Part shown: in pieces, positions 1-7,785 of the stretch
How the letters are laid out: the number at the start of each line of letters is the position of its first letter
How positions within the stretch are numbered: position 1 is the first letter of the stretch
DNA from: Vibrio phage vB_VhaS-tm
Direction: 5' to 3' (one strand)
Sequence record: KX198614.1
Length of the DNA: 32,000 nt
Made by a program: the position numbers and the translations under genes
The notes under the pieces: model-generated
Database searches by the model: none
The model's input: only the letters and a program-made list of their open reading frames with translations
What the model was told of the DNA's origin: nothing

Positions 1-439
1 TTAGGTCATGGTATGTAGACAAAGCTGTTTCAGTCTTTCGCAGCTCGTCACGCACACATGCCACTTCATGCTCTGCGCGTTGCGTTGCAATCTTAACCTG
101 TAAGCCTAGCACCTCGCCAATGAGCGGGTCTAAATGGACGCATACGTTAGCGCGTACCTCAGAAGCGTCACAACCCAAACGTCCAACATGATGAACGTCC
201 ATGTAAGGGTAAAGCATCGGGTAAGCGCGCTTAAGCGACGTTTCATGTCTGTGTGCGCAGTGCAACACAAGCTTAGTCATTTTAAGCGGTTCAACGTTGC
301 GAGGGTCACGCGGAGCACCACGCGAGTCAGGCCCTGTTTCGACGCGTTCTTCTGTGTCAAATTGCTTAGTAAAGGTGTATTGCACCGATGGGTCAGTAAT
401 CACTGTTGAGTAGATACCGATAACGTTAGGATTGCGCAT
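1..439 (-). CDS. Hypothetical protein, partial (3' end beyond window start); MRNPNVIGIYSTVITDPSVQYTFTKQFDTEERVETGPDSRGAPRDPRN...
   Basis: Minus-strand ATG at 439..437 followed by an open frame with no stop to the window edge (~145 codons). Missing from the ORF track because it is truncated. Divergent from the 1228 operon. Confidence 0.7.
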   Translation of the reverse strand, partial: MRNPNVIGIYSTVITDPSVQYTFTKQFDTEERVETGPDSRGAPRDPRNVEPLKMTKLVLHCAHRHETSLKRAYPMLYPYMDVHHVGRLGCDASEVRANVCVHLDPLIGEVLGLQVKIATQRAEHEVACVRDELRKTETALSTYHDL

Positions 440-524
440 TTTTGTGTGTCCTTATTTGATTGCATCACAGGGTAAGTAAAGCATACTTAATGAATAAACG
501 CAAATTTTAATTGAGGGAATGTGC

Positions 525-570
525 GCTCGTAACCAAATAGCCCCCAAAAGTAACATTGAAGGTTACGAGC
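525..570. repeat. Inverted repeat GCTCGTAACC (525-534) / GGTTACGAGC (561-570)
   Basis: Exact 10-nt reverse complements separated by 26 nt in non-coding DNA. Shares the GGTTAC core with the repeats at 845-881. Confidence 0.7.
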
Positions 571-607
571 CTTAATATATCCTTTGATGCTAGTTTTTTA
601 TAAGAGT

Positions 608-665
608 TTAAATAATAATAATAATAAAATAATAATAAATATATATACTTATACTTACTTACTTA
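608..665. repeat. AT-rich low-complexity tract ((AAT)n and ACTT repeats), possible DNA-unwinding element
   Basis: Runs of AATAATAATAATAATAAAATAATAATAAATATATATACTTATACTTACTTACTT. Confidence 0.6.
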
Positions 666-745
666 TTAATATAGATAGTTAGACATTATATCACACACAC
701 TAAAACACATAGACAAACACACATTCGTAACCTGTAACATGCACC

Positions 746-786
746 CACATATATGAAAATGACCCCTATATAGGGGGGTATATGTG
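746..786. repeat. Nested inverted repeat: CACATATA (746-753) / TATATGTG (779-786) enclosing the perfect palindrome CCCCTATATAGGGG (763-776)
   Basis: Read directly from the sequence. Confidence 0.75.
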
Positions 787-844
787 TATCGGTGGGATCG
801 GCCACAAATCGGTGCTTTTCCCTTTAAAAACAAACACTTACCGC

Positions 845-881
845 GTAACCTTAAGGTTACTTTTAGGTTACGAGTAACCTT
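845..881. promoter_or_regulatory. Cluster of GGTTAC half-sites: perfect palindrome GTAACCTTAAGGTTAC (845-860) and inverted repeat AGGTTAC-GA-GTAACCT (865-880); candidate operator or origin sites
   Basis: Read directly. The same core also occurs at 529-534, 561-566 and ~726-732. Confidence 0.6.
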
Positions 882-1082
882 CCGAAAAAAGTTTCACTAT
901 GATTGAAACCAATTACACACGAAAAAACATTACATACCACACACAAAACTTAATGAAACCACTACACCAACAGCAGCACCATTCAACTCATACTTAAACA
1001 AAACTTAACGAACACACGACTTACATCCAACTACAGACTTTACAAACATTAAAAACACTTAACTAACCCCACAGTTGATCCA

Positions 1083-1140
1083 CGTATACACCACAAAACG
1101 CTTTCGCTATGCTATAATAGATCCTCGTATATACCACAAT
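1083..1140 (+). promoter_or_regulatory. Candidate extended -10 promoter (TGCTATAAT, 1110-1118) flanked by direct repeats CGTATACACCACAA (1083-1096) and CGTATATACCACAA (1126-1139)
   Basis: Exact TATAAT preceded by TGn, upstream of the first + strand gene. No good -35. Flanking near-identical repeats look operator-like. Confidence 0.5.
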
Positions 1141-1227
1141 AAACGTTCCGAATGCTTTATCTTGCGTTTACGCGTGCGATCGGTTAATGTGGTCACCCTA
1201 TATCAACATAAACCAAGAGACTTCAAC

Positions 1228-1500
1228 ATGGCTAAGCTAGGCGAAGATATCACACAAAAGCTCGGTGAGTTAGTGGACACGCAACAGCGTACAGACACAC
1301 CTCAGCAACGCTTTGACCTCAACTACATTACAGCTCAGGAGATTATGGATCGCCTTAAAGTGACCCGTCCGACTGTGCTTGCAAAAATGAAAGACCGCTT
1401 TCCTGCTATTAAAATTGGCAATACTTACTTCTGGGAGCGTACACCGGAATGCTCGACCTTTATTAACGCTTGGGAATTAATGCGCAATAAAGGGGAATAA
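1228..1500 (+). CDS. Small helix-turn-helix / excisionase-like DNA-binding protein (MAKLGEDITQKLGELVDTQQR...AQEIMDRLKVTRPTVLAKMKDRFPAIKIGNTYFW...)
   Basis: ATG at 1228 preferred over the upstream start at 1075, which would overlap the promoter and repeats. HTH-like 'TAQEIMDRLKVTRPTVLAKM'. Confidence 0.6.
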   Translation: MAKLGEDITQKLGELVDTQQRTDTPQQRFDLNYITAQEIMDRLKVTRPTVLAKMKDRFPAIKIGNTYFWERTPECSTFINAWELMRNKGE

Positions 1501-1501
1501 T

Positions 1502-3877
1502 ATGCCACACAATATCCCACTTGAACTCCGCCTTGCGCCTCGGTGGTGTTTCACGGGTAAGGAAAGTGATCTCGACTTAGCTAAGGCGCCGCACTTCTTT
1601 AATGAAGAGTTGCAAGCTTTCGAAATGTTAAGCGTACACGACTATCACCGTTGTATGCCTTTTGACGAGCTTGAACCTTTACTAGCTAAACACCCTGAGC
1701 GCGGATTTGGTTTCATACTTGTAGACGGTGACGGTTATACATGTGTGGACTTAGATGTTAAAGACTCAATGCCTGTAGACGCGAGTCGCCGACATTTTGA
1801 CCTTATCAACGGCTTGGATACTTACACTGAGGTTTCGCGATCGGGTGTCGGTGTTCACATGTGGTTGAAGGGTGAAATAAACGGCGCAATTAAAACGAAC
1901 GAAATGGAAGTGTATTCCCGCGAGCGTTTTATTATCTGTACTGGCAACGTTATTGTTGACAAGCCTATGGCTTATGACCCTGACGTTATTGAGTTCTTCA
2001 ATGCACGCGCAAAAGAGTCGGCGGAATCCTTTAACTTTGTAGACGTACCCCAAACAAAGTCCGACGAGCAAATAATGGAAGAGGCATTGTACAGTGACCA
2101 CAGTGGGAAACTGGCGTGCTTAATGTCCGGCGATTGGGACGGCTATTGTAAGATTATGCACTCGCAAGGTGCGCGCGATTTCACGTTCGACCCTAGCCAG
2201 GCGGACAGCGCATTTATGACTATCATTACCTACTACACGCGCAACGTGGAGCAGTGTAAACGTCTATGGCGAAGTTCTGCACTAGCTGACGTGGAAAAGC
2301 GTTATCCGGGCAACATTACCGAGCAGCGTAAGAAAGCTCGCAACATGGGCACGGATTACAAACTATTGCGCGCTATTGCTTACGGTATCCAAAAGAACGA
2401 CAAAGACAACTTACAGCGTGAACGCCTGGCAGCGGAAGCGCGCGAGCAGAACAAAGCTATTGTTGAAAAGGCTAAACTTGTGGCTAAGGGTGCAGTCGAA
2501 AGCCTGGCGGGTACAGTCGATCCCGTTTCAGGTGAACAGCCTTATCCGCCTGGCATGTTAGGTGAGTTAGCTCGTTACTTTGAATCGCAGTCTATTAAAC
2601 CTATCCGTGACTTTGCTATTGCGGAAGCGTTAGCAGTTGCGTCCGGTTTGTTTGGTCGCTGCTATAACGTAAGCGGTACAGGTTTGAACATCTACCTTAT
2701 GATGCTTGCACCATCTGGTTCGGGTAAGTCTGCACTATCTAAGAACCCCGAGAACCTTATGACCTTGCTAGAGCGCAATCATGGTGTAATAGGTGCGCGA
2801 CAGTTTATCATGTCCAAACGCTTTACCCACGAGAACGCTATGTTCCAAGAGTTTAAAGAGCGTTCGCAGTTCTGCCAGTGTTTGAGTGAGTTCGGTAAGG
2901 TCTTTAAGAACATGGTAAGCGATAGCAACCACGCGGGCGCGCTAGGTACAGTTCGTGAGTGTATGACAGACATGTATTCCAAGTCGGGTCAGTTTGACGT
3001 TGCGGGCGGTATGCGTTACGCAACAGCTGAACGCTCGGTTGATTTGGGTTACCCTGTTGGCTATAGCTTCTTAGGTGAGTCAGTACCTGAACCATTCTTT
3101 GAAAGTATTACGCCGGATATGTTTACCGACGGCTTTATGTCGCGTTTCCTTATCATGCACTACCAAGGCGAAGTTCCTTATGACACGTTCTACCAAAGCG
3201 TGGAACCGCCTCAACACTTGCTTGATCACCTTATCCAAGCGACAACGGGTGTAACGCGTGCGCTAATGGATATCAACAGTGTTGCAGTGACGCAAGTTGG
3301 GATGGATGCTTACGCGGGTAAATGGTTTTCGGACTTCTCGCGCGAGTGTACCGACAAAGTGAACGAACATGCTGCCGCGCCTGTTATTGCATCGCTATGG
3401 ACGCGTGCGAACTTGAAAGTGCTGAAGGTGGCTGCACTACTGGCCACAATGGATTGTCCGTCGCGCCCTATTATCAACCGCTCACACATCGATTGGGCGC
3501 ACGATTTTGTTATGCGACACAACTACATTGTGTTTAGTGCAATGCGCCAAGGCCGAATGGCACAAGCAACAGAAAGCGAAGCATTGGATACGCTGCGTGA
3601 GATTATGATCGGTTACTACACTTATGAGGGTAGCATGAACGCATATCACGCTAAGGCGGAACAGATGCGCGCTAACGGTCATATTCCATGGGGTTACGTG
3701 CAGCGCGTTGCAACCCGCCGCGCTTGCTTCAAAGGCTCACAGTGGAAGAAACCTACACAGCTAATCCGCGAGGCTTTAGAGGAGCTTAAGCGTGCGGGTG
3801 TAGTTAGACAATTGAGCAAGAATGAAACGTTGGAAGGCTATAACACAACCGCAGACGTTTTCCAAGTAATTGGCTAG
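1502..3877 (+). CDS. Primase-helicase: N-terminal NrS-1-like prim-pol region plus C-terminal DUF3987 helicase-like ATPase
   Basis: 'CVDLDVKDSM...GLDTYTEVSRSGVGVHMWLKG...EVYSRERFIICTG' resembles AEP/NrS-1-type primases. Walker A 'APSGSGKSAL' within a DUF3987-like region. Confidence 0.75.
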   Translation: MPHNIPLELRLAPRWCFTGKESDLDLAKAPHFFNEELQAFEMLSVHDYHRCMPFDELEPLLAKHPERGFGFILVDGDGYTCVDLDVKDSMPVDASRRHFDLINGLDTYTEVSRSGVGVHMWLKGEINGAIKTNEMEVYSRERFIICTGNVIVDKPMAYDPDVIEFFNARAKESAESFNFVDVPQTKSDEQIMEEALYSDHSGKLACLMSGDWDGYCKIMHSQGARDFTFDPSQADSAFMTIITYYTRNVEQCKRLWRSSALADVEKRYPGNITEQRKKARNMGTDYKLLRAIAYGIQKNDKDNLQRERLAAEAREQNKAIVEKAKLVAKGAVESLAGTVDPVSGEQPYPPGMLGELARYFESQSIKPIRDFAIAEALAVASGLFGRCYNVSGTGLNIYLMMLAPSGSGKSALSKNPENLMTLLERNHGVIGARQFIMSKRFTHENAMFQEFKERSQFCQCLSEFGKVFKNMVSDSNHAGALGTVRECMTDMYSKSGQFDVAGGMRYATAERSVDLGYPVGYSFLGESVPEPFFESITPDMFTDGFMSRFLIMHYQGEVPYDTFYQSVEPPQHLLDHLIQATTGVTRALMDINSVAVTQVGMDAYAGKWFSDFSRECTDKVNEHAAAPVIASLWTRANLKVLKVAALLATMDCPSRPIINRSHIDWAHDFVMRHNYIVFSAMRQGRMAQATESEALDTLREIMIGYYTYEGSMNAYHAKAEQMRANGHIPWGYVQRVATRRACFKGSQWKKPTQLIREALEELKRAGVVRQLSKNETLEGYNTTADVFQVIG

Positions 3878-3897
3878 AATTAATCTAGCATTTGAAC

Positions 3898-3920
3898 GGG
3901 GTACGCGCTAAGCTTACCCC
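3898..3920 (+). other. Intergenic hairpin GGGGTA(c)GC...GC(t)TACCCC
   Basis: Inverted repeat just upstream of the 3943 gene. Confidence 0.5.
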
Positions 3921-3942
3921 ACCTATTGAAAGGAGCAATATA

Positions 3943-4551
3943 GTGAATACTTATCCGTTACAACTTTTGGCAATGAAACACGGCTTTGACGTAATTGACT
4001 TGGAAGAGTACCAAGACCTTAAGACTTCGCAGAAGCTGCAAGTGTGGTCGCATGTGCGTAACTTCCCTGAAGGCGCTTGCCTTAAAGGTCAAGGGCTTAA
4101 GCTGACCGAAGAGAATAGCGAAATCTTTGAAGCACTACAGGAACACGACCGCGAGAAGTTTATCGACGCTGTTGGTGACTCCATTGTGGTCATTGGCATT
4201 ATCGCACACATCAAAGACTACGACGTGGACGTGCTTACTCAAGATCGTGGTTGCCCGGAATACTGGCTTAACACTGTCGACTTTGACCGTCACATTGATA
4301 ACGCTTGCTTTGTTGCTACCGCGTTCGACCTACAACGTTCGCTTGGCTTGGTTGCAGAAGCTATCGCTAAAGATAAAGGTTTGATTGTTCCAATTAACAA
4401 CTTTATGAAAGCACTGTGTGCGCTCACTCATATGGTAGGCTATGATCCAATGGCTTGCTTTAGTGCTGCATTCAGCGAAATTGAGAATCGTCGCGGTCGT
4501 ATGATCGATGGCGTGTATGTTAAACAAGATGATTTAAAGGCAGGTGCGTAA
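3943..4551 (+). CDS. MazG-like nucleotide pyrophosphohydrolase
   Basis: GTG start at 3943 with AGGAG at 3931 (the track start TTG 3892 is less likely). MazG-like signature 'KLTEENSEIFEAL...REKFIDAVGDSIVVIGIIA' (EExxE...D.xGD). Confidence 0.65.
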   Translation: MNTYPLQLLAMKHGFDVIDLEEYQDLKTSQKLQVWSHVRNFPEGACLKGQGLKLTEENSEIFEALQEHDREKFIDAVGDSIVVIGIIAHIKDYDVDVLTQDRGCPEYWLNTVDFDRHIDNACFVATAFDLQRSLGLVAEAIAKDKGLIVPINNFMKALCALTHMVGYDPMACFSAAFSEIENRRGRMIDGVYVKQDDLKAGA

Positions 4552-4985
4552 TGGTACGTTTATTTACTGAAGGCATGAATTTAGACGAAAAGATCTTAGC
4601 TTGGTCGCAAAACGCTGACTTACTTGCGCAGGTTAAGAAAGTGGAAATGGAACAGCGCAAAGCTATCTTTGAAGCGTTGTTCCCTGATCCGAAAGTTGGT
4701 ACGCAGCACCACGAACTAGGCGCGGGTTACAAGGTAACAGCCGTCTGCAAGATGGATACTAAGCTTGATGAAGCTGCGTTTGAGCTTATCTTACCTGAGA
4801 TTGAGAAGCTTGGTGATAAGGCTAAGGCTGAGCTCGCTGAAGCTGTTAAGTACAAGCCTGGCTTAGTTGCTAAGGGTTACAAAGAAATGTCTGACGACGT
4901 TAAAGAGCTGTTTGATGAAGCTGTGACCACAAAGCCAGCGTCGCCTTCTCTTAAACTTGTCGTTCCAAAGGCTGATAAAGCGTAA
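4551..4985 (+). CDS. Hypothetical phage protein, 144 aa
   Basis: ORF abutting the MazG-like gene (ATG overlaps TAA), same operon orientation. Confidence 0.6.
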   Translation: MVRLFTEGMNLDEKILAWSQNADLLAQVKKVEMEQRKAIFEALFPDPKVGTQHHELGAGYKVTAVCKMDTKLDEAAFELILPEIEKLGDKAKAELAEAVKYKPGLVAKGYKEMSDDVKELFDEAVTTKPASPSLKLVVPKADKA

Positions 4986-5009
4986 AATTAATTAGGCTTT
5001 TTATCTAGC

Positions 5010-5038
5010 TTGAACCGTTAAATTTGGTATTATATACA
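5010..5038 (+). promoter_or_regulatory. Candidate sigma70-like promoter TTGAAC-N17-TATACA
   Basis: Hexamers at 5010-5015 and 5033-5038 with a 17-nt spacer, upstream of the 5092 gene. Confidence 0.45.
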
Positions 5039-5045
5039 CAGTTCA

Positions 5046-5066
5046 GGGGGTTAACGGTTAACCCCC
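5046..5066 (+). other. Intergenic hairpin GGGGGTTAA-CGG-TTAACCCCC
   Basis: Perfect 9-bp stem with a 3-nt loop, starting ~8 nt after the predicted -10, so at the 5' end of the predicted mRNA. Confidence 0.65.
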
Positions 5067-5091
5067 AAAATCATAAAATCGGAGCAATACG

Positions 5092-5532
5092 ATGAAAACT
5101 AAATTACTTCTAGCACTTCTAAACACTAACCTTCGCACTGTTGGCGTTCAGTTCAAAGACCACAACGGTGAAGCGTTTGGTAAAGTTTACACTTACAAAA
5201 CAGACATCAAAGACCTTGAAGTTGGTGACTCTGTTATCGTTGACGCACCATCTACAGGTTTGACCGTTGTAGTTGTGTCTGAGCTGCATGACATTGCAGA
5301 CCTTGACGAGAAAGCAACGTTCGAATACAAGTGGATTGTTGGTAAGGTAGACACAGCAGCTCACGAAGCGCGTCTGGAAAAAGAAGAAGAGCTTGCAAAA
5401 GAGTTCGCGGGTATCCAACGCAAAGTTAAGCAAGTGAAAATGATCGAGAACTTGAAGACTTCACTTGGTTACGGCAAAGACGACGAGTGTGAAGAACTGG
5501 AAGCTCTTATCCAGAAAATTACCGCGCAATAA
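5092..5532 (+). CDS. Hypothetical phage protein, 146 aa
   Basis: ORF with GGAG RBS just upstream ('atcggagcaatacgatg'). Confidence 0.6.
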   Translation: MKTKLLLALLNTNLRTVGVQFKDHNGEAFGKVYTYKTDIKDLEVGDSVIVDAPSTGLTVVVVSELHDIADLDEKATFEYKWIVGKVDTAAHEARLEKEEELAKEFAGIQRKVKQVKMIENLKTSLGYGKDDECEELEALIQKITAQ

Positions 5533-5540
5533 CTTGCAAA

Positions 5541-5560
5541 AGGGGGTATAATTACCCCCT
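5541..5560 (+). other. Intergenic hairpin AGGGGGTA-TAAT-TACCCCCT
   Basis: Perfect 8-bp stem with a 4-nt loop between two ORFs. Confidence 0.6.
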
Positions 5561-5587
5561 ACCATTCACACACGGGGACTTTCCTTT

Positions 5588-6328
5588 ATGGCAGTTCAAT
5601 TAGTAAGTGCAGACAGCTTGGCTCGCTCTAACGGTGTTAAGATCGTGGTATACGGTCGTTCTGGTTTGGGTAAGACAATGCTTGCGTGTACTATGCCCAA
5701 TCCAATCGTGCTTAGTGCGGAAAGCGGTATGCTATCTCTAAAGCGCGACAACATCGAACGTATTTGGGGGCCTAACAACCCGTCAATTACATACGACATC
5801 CCTGTTATCCAAATTAACACGGTTGAAGACCTTGTTGCAGCTGAAACGTATTTACGTACAGATCCGCAAGGTATGCAGTTCAACCCAATTTTGGATTCAG
5901 CAACCGAGATCGCTGAACAGGTCTTAGCTAACGCGAAGAAGCAAGTTAAAGACCCGCGCCAGGCGTATGGTGAGCTCATTGAGCAAATGACCAAAACCAT
6001 TAAGGCGTTCCGCGACCTGCCAGGGCGCCACGTACTGCTTAACTTCAAAGAAGAACGCAGCAAAGACGAAGGCACTGGTTTGACCCTAGCTGGCCCTAGT
6101 ATGCCCGGCCAGAAAATGGGCCCTGCAACCCCTTACTTGACCGACGAGGTGTTCCAATTGTTTATTGGACAAAACCCTGACGGTTCTAAGTACCGTGCAT
6201 TCCGTACTCAGCCGGATTTTAGTGCAGACGCTAAAGACCGTTCGGGATGCCTCGATGAAGTGGAAATGCCACACATCGGTCACATTATCAACAAAATTAT
6301 GGGCAACAGCCCGCAACCTCAGCAATAA
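5588..6328 (+). CDS. Sak4-like RecA-fold ATPase / single-strand annealing protein
   Basis: Walker A 'VYGRSGLGKTMLACT', 'ILDSATEIAEQVL' Walker B-like region, and position directly before a DUF669-type protein. Confidence 0.7.
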   Translation: MAVQLVSADSLARSNGVKIVVYGRSGLGKTMLACTMPNPIVLSAESGMLSLKRDNIERIWGPNNPSITYDIPVIQINTVEDLVAAETYLRTDPQGMQFNPILDSATEIAEQVLANAKKQVKDPRQAYGELIEQMTKTIKAFRDLPGRHVLLNFKEERSKDEGTGLTLAGPSMPGQKMGPATPYLTDEVFQLFIGQNPDGSKYRAFRTQPDFSADAKDRSGCLDEVEMPHIGHIINKIMGNSPQPQQ

Positions 6329-6339
6329 GGAATCAAAAA

Positions 6340-7191
6340 ATGGCTGGTCTCAATTTTAATGCAACTAACGTAGCACCTCAACAAGCGTTCGAAAACCTAG
6401 CGCCTGGATGGTACACTGTTAAGATGGTAGAATCAGAAATGAAGCCTACATCTGCGGGTACTGGCTCTTATCTTGAATGTACGTTTGAAGTGTTAGCACC
6501 GCAACAGTTCGCAGGGCGTAAGCTTTGGGATCGTTTGAACCTAAACAACCCGAACGAAAAAGCGGTTGAAATCGCGTACCAAACATTGTCAGCAATGTGC
6601 CACGCAACGGGTGTGATGCAAGTACAAGACTCGCAACAGCTTCACAACCTACCTATGGACGCAAAAGTTGGTCTATCTAAGCCAACTGAGCAGTACCCTG
6701 AACCGCGTAACGAAATTAAAGGTTACCGCGCTTGTCAAGGTGGTGGTATGGCTCCGCAAGGTCAGGGCGCTGCACCTCAACAGCAACAATGGGGACAACC
6801 TGCACAGCAACAGCAGCAACCTGCACAGCAGCAACAGTGGGGTCAACAGCAACAACAAGCACCACAGCAGCAGCAACAGCAACAGCCAGCACAGCAGCAA
6901 TGGCAGCAGCAGCAACCTGCACAGCAAGAGCAACCAGTGCAACAGCAACAACAGCAGCAATGGCAAGATCCTAACGCGGGTCAGCAACAACAGCCAGCGC
7001 AGCAAGAGCAGCAACAGTCTGCGCCTTGGGGTCAGCAAACTGTAGATCAACAGCAGCAACAACCACAGCAGCAACAGCAGCAAGTTCAGCAGCAAGAACA
7101 GCCGCAACAAATGAACATGCAGCAACCTGCTACTGATCAAGGCGGTCAGCAAGCTGCGCAAAACGGTCAAGCACCTTGGCAACAAGGCTAA
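6340..7191 (+). CDS. DUF669-type ssDNA-binding protein with a ~145-residue Gln-rich low-complexity C-terminal tail
   Basis: N-terminus 'MAGLNFNATNV...LAPGWYTVKMVESEMKPTSAGTGSYLECTFEVL...F.GRKLWDRLNLNNPNEKAVEIA' is typical of DUF669 proteins. Tail is Q/P/A/W-rich. Confidence 0.75.
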   Translation: MAGLNFNATNVAPQQAFENLAPGWYTVKMVESEMKPTSAGTGSYLECTFEVLAPQQFAGRKLWDRLNLNNPNEKAVEIAYQTLSAMCHATGVMQVQDSQQLHNLPMDAKVGLSKPTEQYPEPRNEIKGYRACQGGGMAPQGQGAAPQQQQWGQPAQQQQQPAQQQQWGQQQQQAPQQQQQQQPAQQQWQQQQPAQQEQPVQQQQQQQWQDPNAGQQQQPAQQEQQQSAPWGQQTVDQQQQQPQQQQQQVQQQEQPQQMNMQQPATDQGGQQAAQNGQAPWQQG

Positions 7192-7229
7192 TTAAGCCGT
7201 TTAACTCCAATTTCAACCTCCATTAAGTC

Positions 7230-7253
7230 AAGGGGTCGCAAGACCCCTTTTTT
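7230..7253 (+). terminator. Rho-independent terminator AAGGGGTC-GCAA-GACCCCTT-TTTT
   Basis: 8-bp perfect stem, GNRA-type loop, T tract. Confidence 0.85.
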
Positions 7254-7299
7254 CTCACCGCGCTCTTTAACGTTTAGCGCATTCATAAAGGACAACGTT

Positions 7300-7785
7300 A
7301 TGAAATACGTTCTTATTTACATCGCAGTTATCTTCCTCACTAACTTCGGCTTCGCTTATGTTCCACCAATCGACATCGGTTTTGGCCTGTTCTCACCAAT
7401 GGCTATCGCGGCGGGTGCAGTCTTTGTGGCGCGCGATTACGCTCAGCGAGCTGTCGGACACGCTGTGCTTCCTGCTATGCTTGTCGGTTGCGCTATCAGC
7501 TACATTATGGCTGACCCGTATGTGGCCATGGCTAGTCTTCTTTCATTTGCTGTAAGTGAAGGCGTTGACTGGATTCTTTTCACGGTAACTAAGAAACCTT
7601 TCCATCACCGCGTGCTGATAAGTTCTGCACTCGCTACCCCTGTAGACACGTTGATTTTCCTATCGTTTATTGATATATTAACACCTGCGACTTTTGTTCT
7701 AATGGTAGTTGCTAAAATTTCAACCTCACTATGGATTTACGGTTATGGCACAGCAAAAGAGAGAAGAATGGCTAGAGAAGCCTAA
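7300..7785 (+). CDS. VUT-family membrane protein (queuosine-precursor/preQ0 transporter-like)
   Basis: Multi-pass hydrophobic protein with family-like 'AGAVFVARDYAQRAVGH...SYIMADPYVAMASLLSFAVSEGVDWILFTVTKKPFHHRVLISSALATPVDTLIFL'. Confidence 0.75.
   Translation: MKYVLIYIAVIFLTNFGFAYVPPIDIGFGLFSPMAIAAGAVFVARDYAQRAVGHAVLPAMLVGCAISYIMADPYVAMASLLSFAVSEGVDWILFTVTKKPFHHRVLISSALATPVDTLIFLSFIDILTPATFVLMVVAKISTSLWIYGYGTAKERRMAREA

Noticed and set aside
134-409. 91-aa + strand ORF
   Set aside because: Antisense to the longer open minus-strand frame (439 to window edge), which has a natural start and clean spacing.
1075-1227. N-terminal extension of the HTH gene in the ORF track
   Set aside because: It would run across the extended -10 promoter and the flanking direct repeats. 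ATG 1228 is the better start.
5547-5552. TATAAT within the 5541-5560 hairpin as a promoter
   Set aside because: No matching -35, and the bases are explained by the inverted repeat.
6673-7185. 170-aa Leu-rich minus-strand ORF
   Set aside because: Artefact of the antisense of CAG/CAA repeats encoding the Gln-rich tail. Other-frame ORFs at 6668, 6716 and 6732 are the same artefact.
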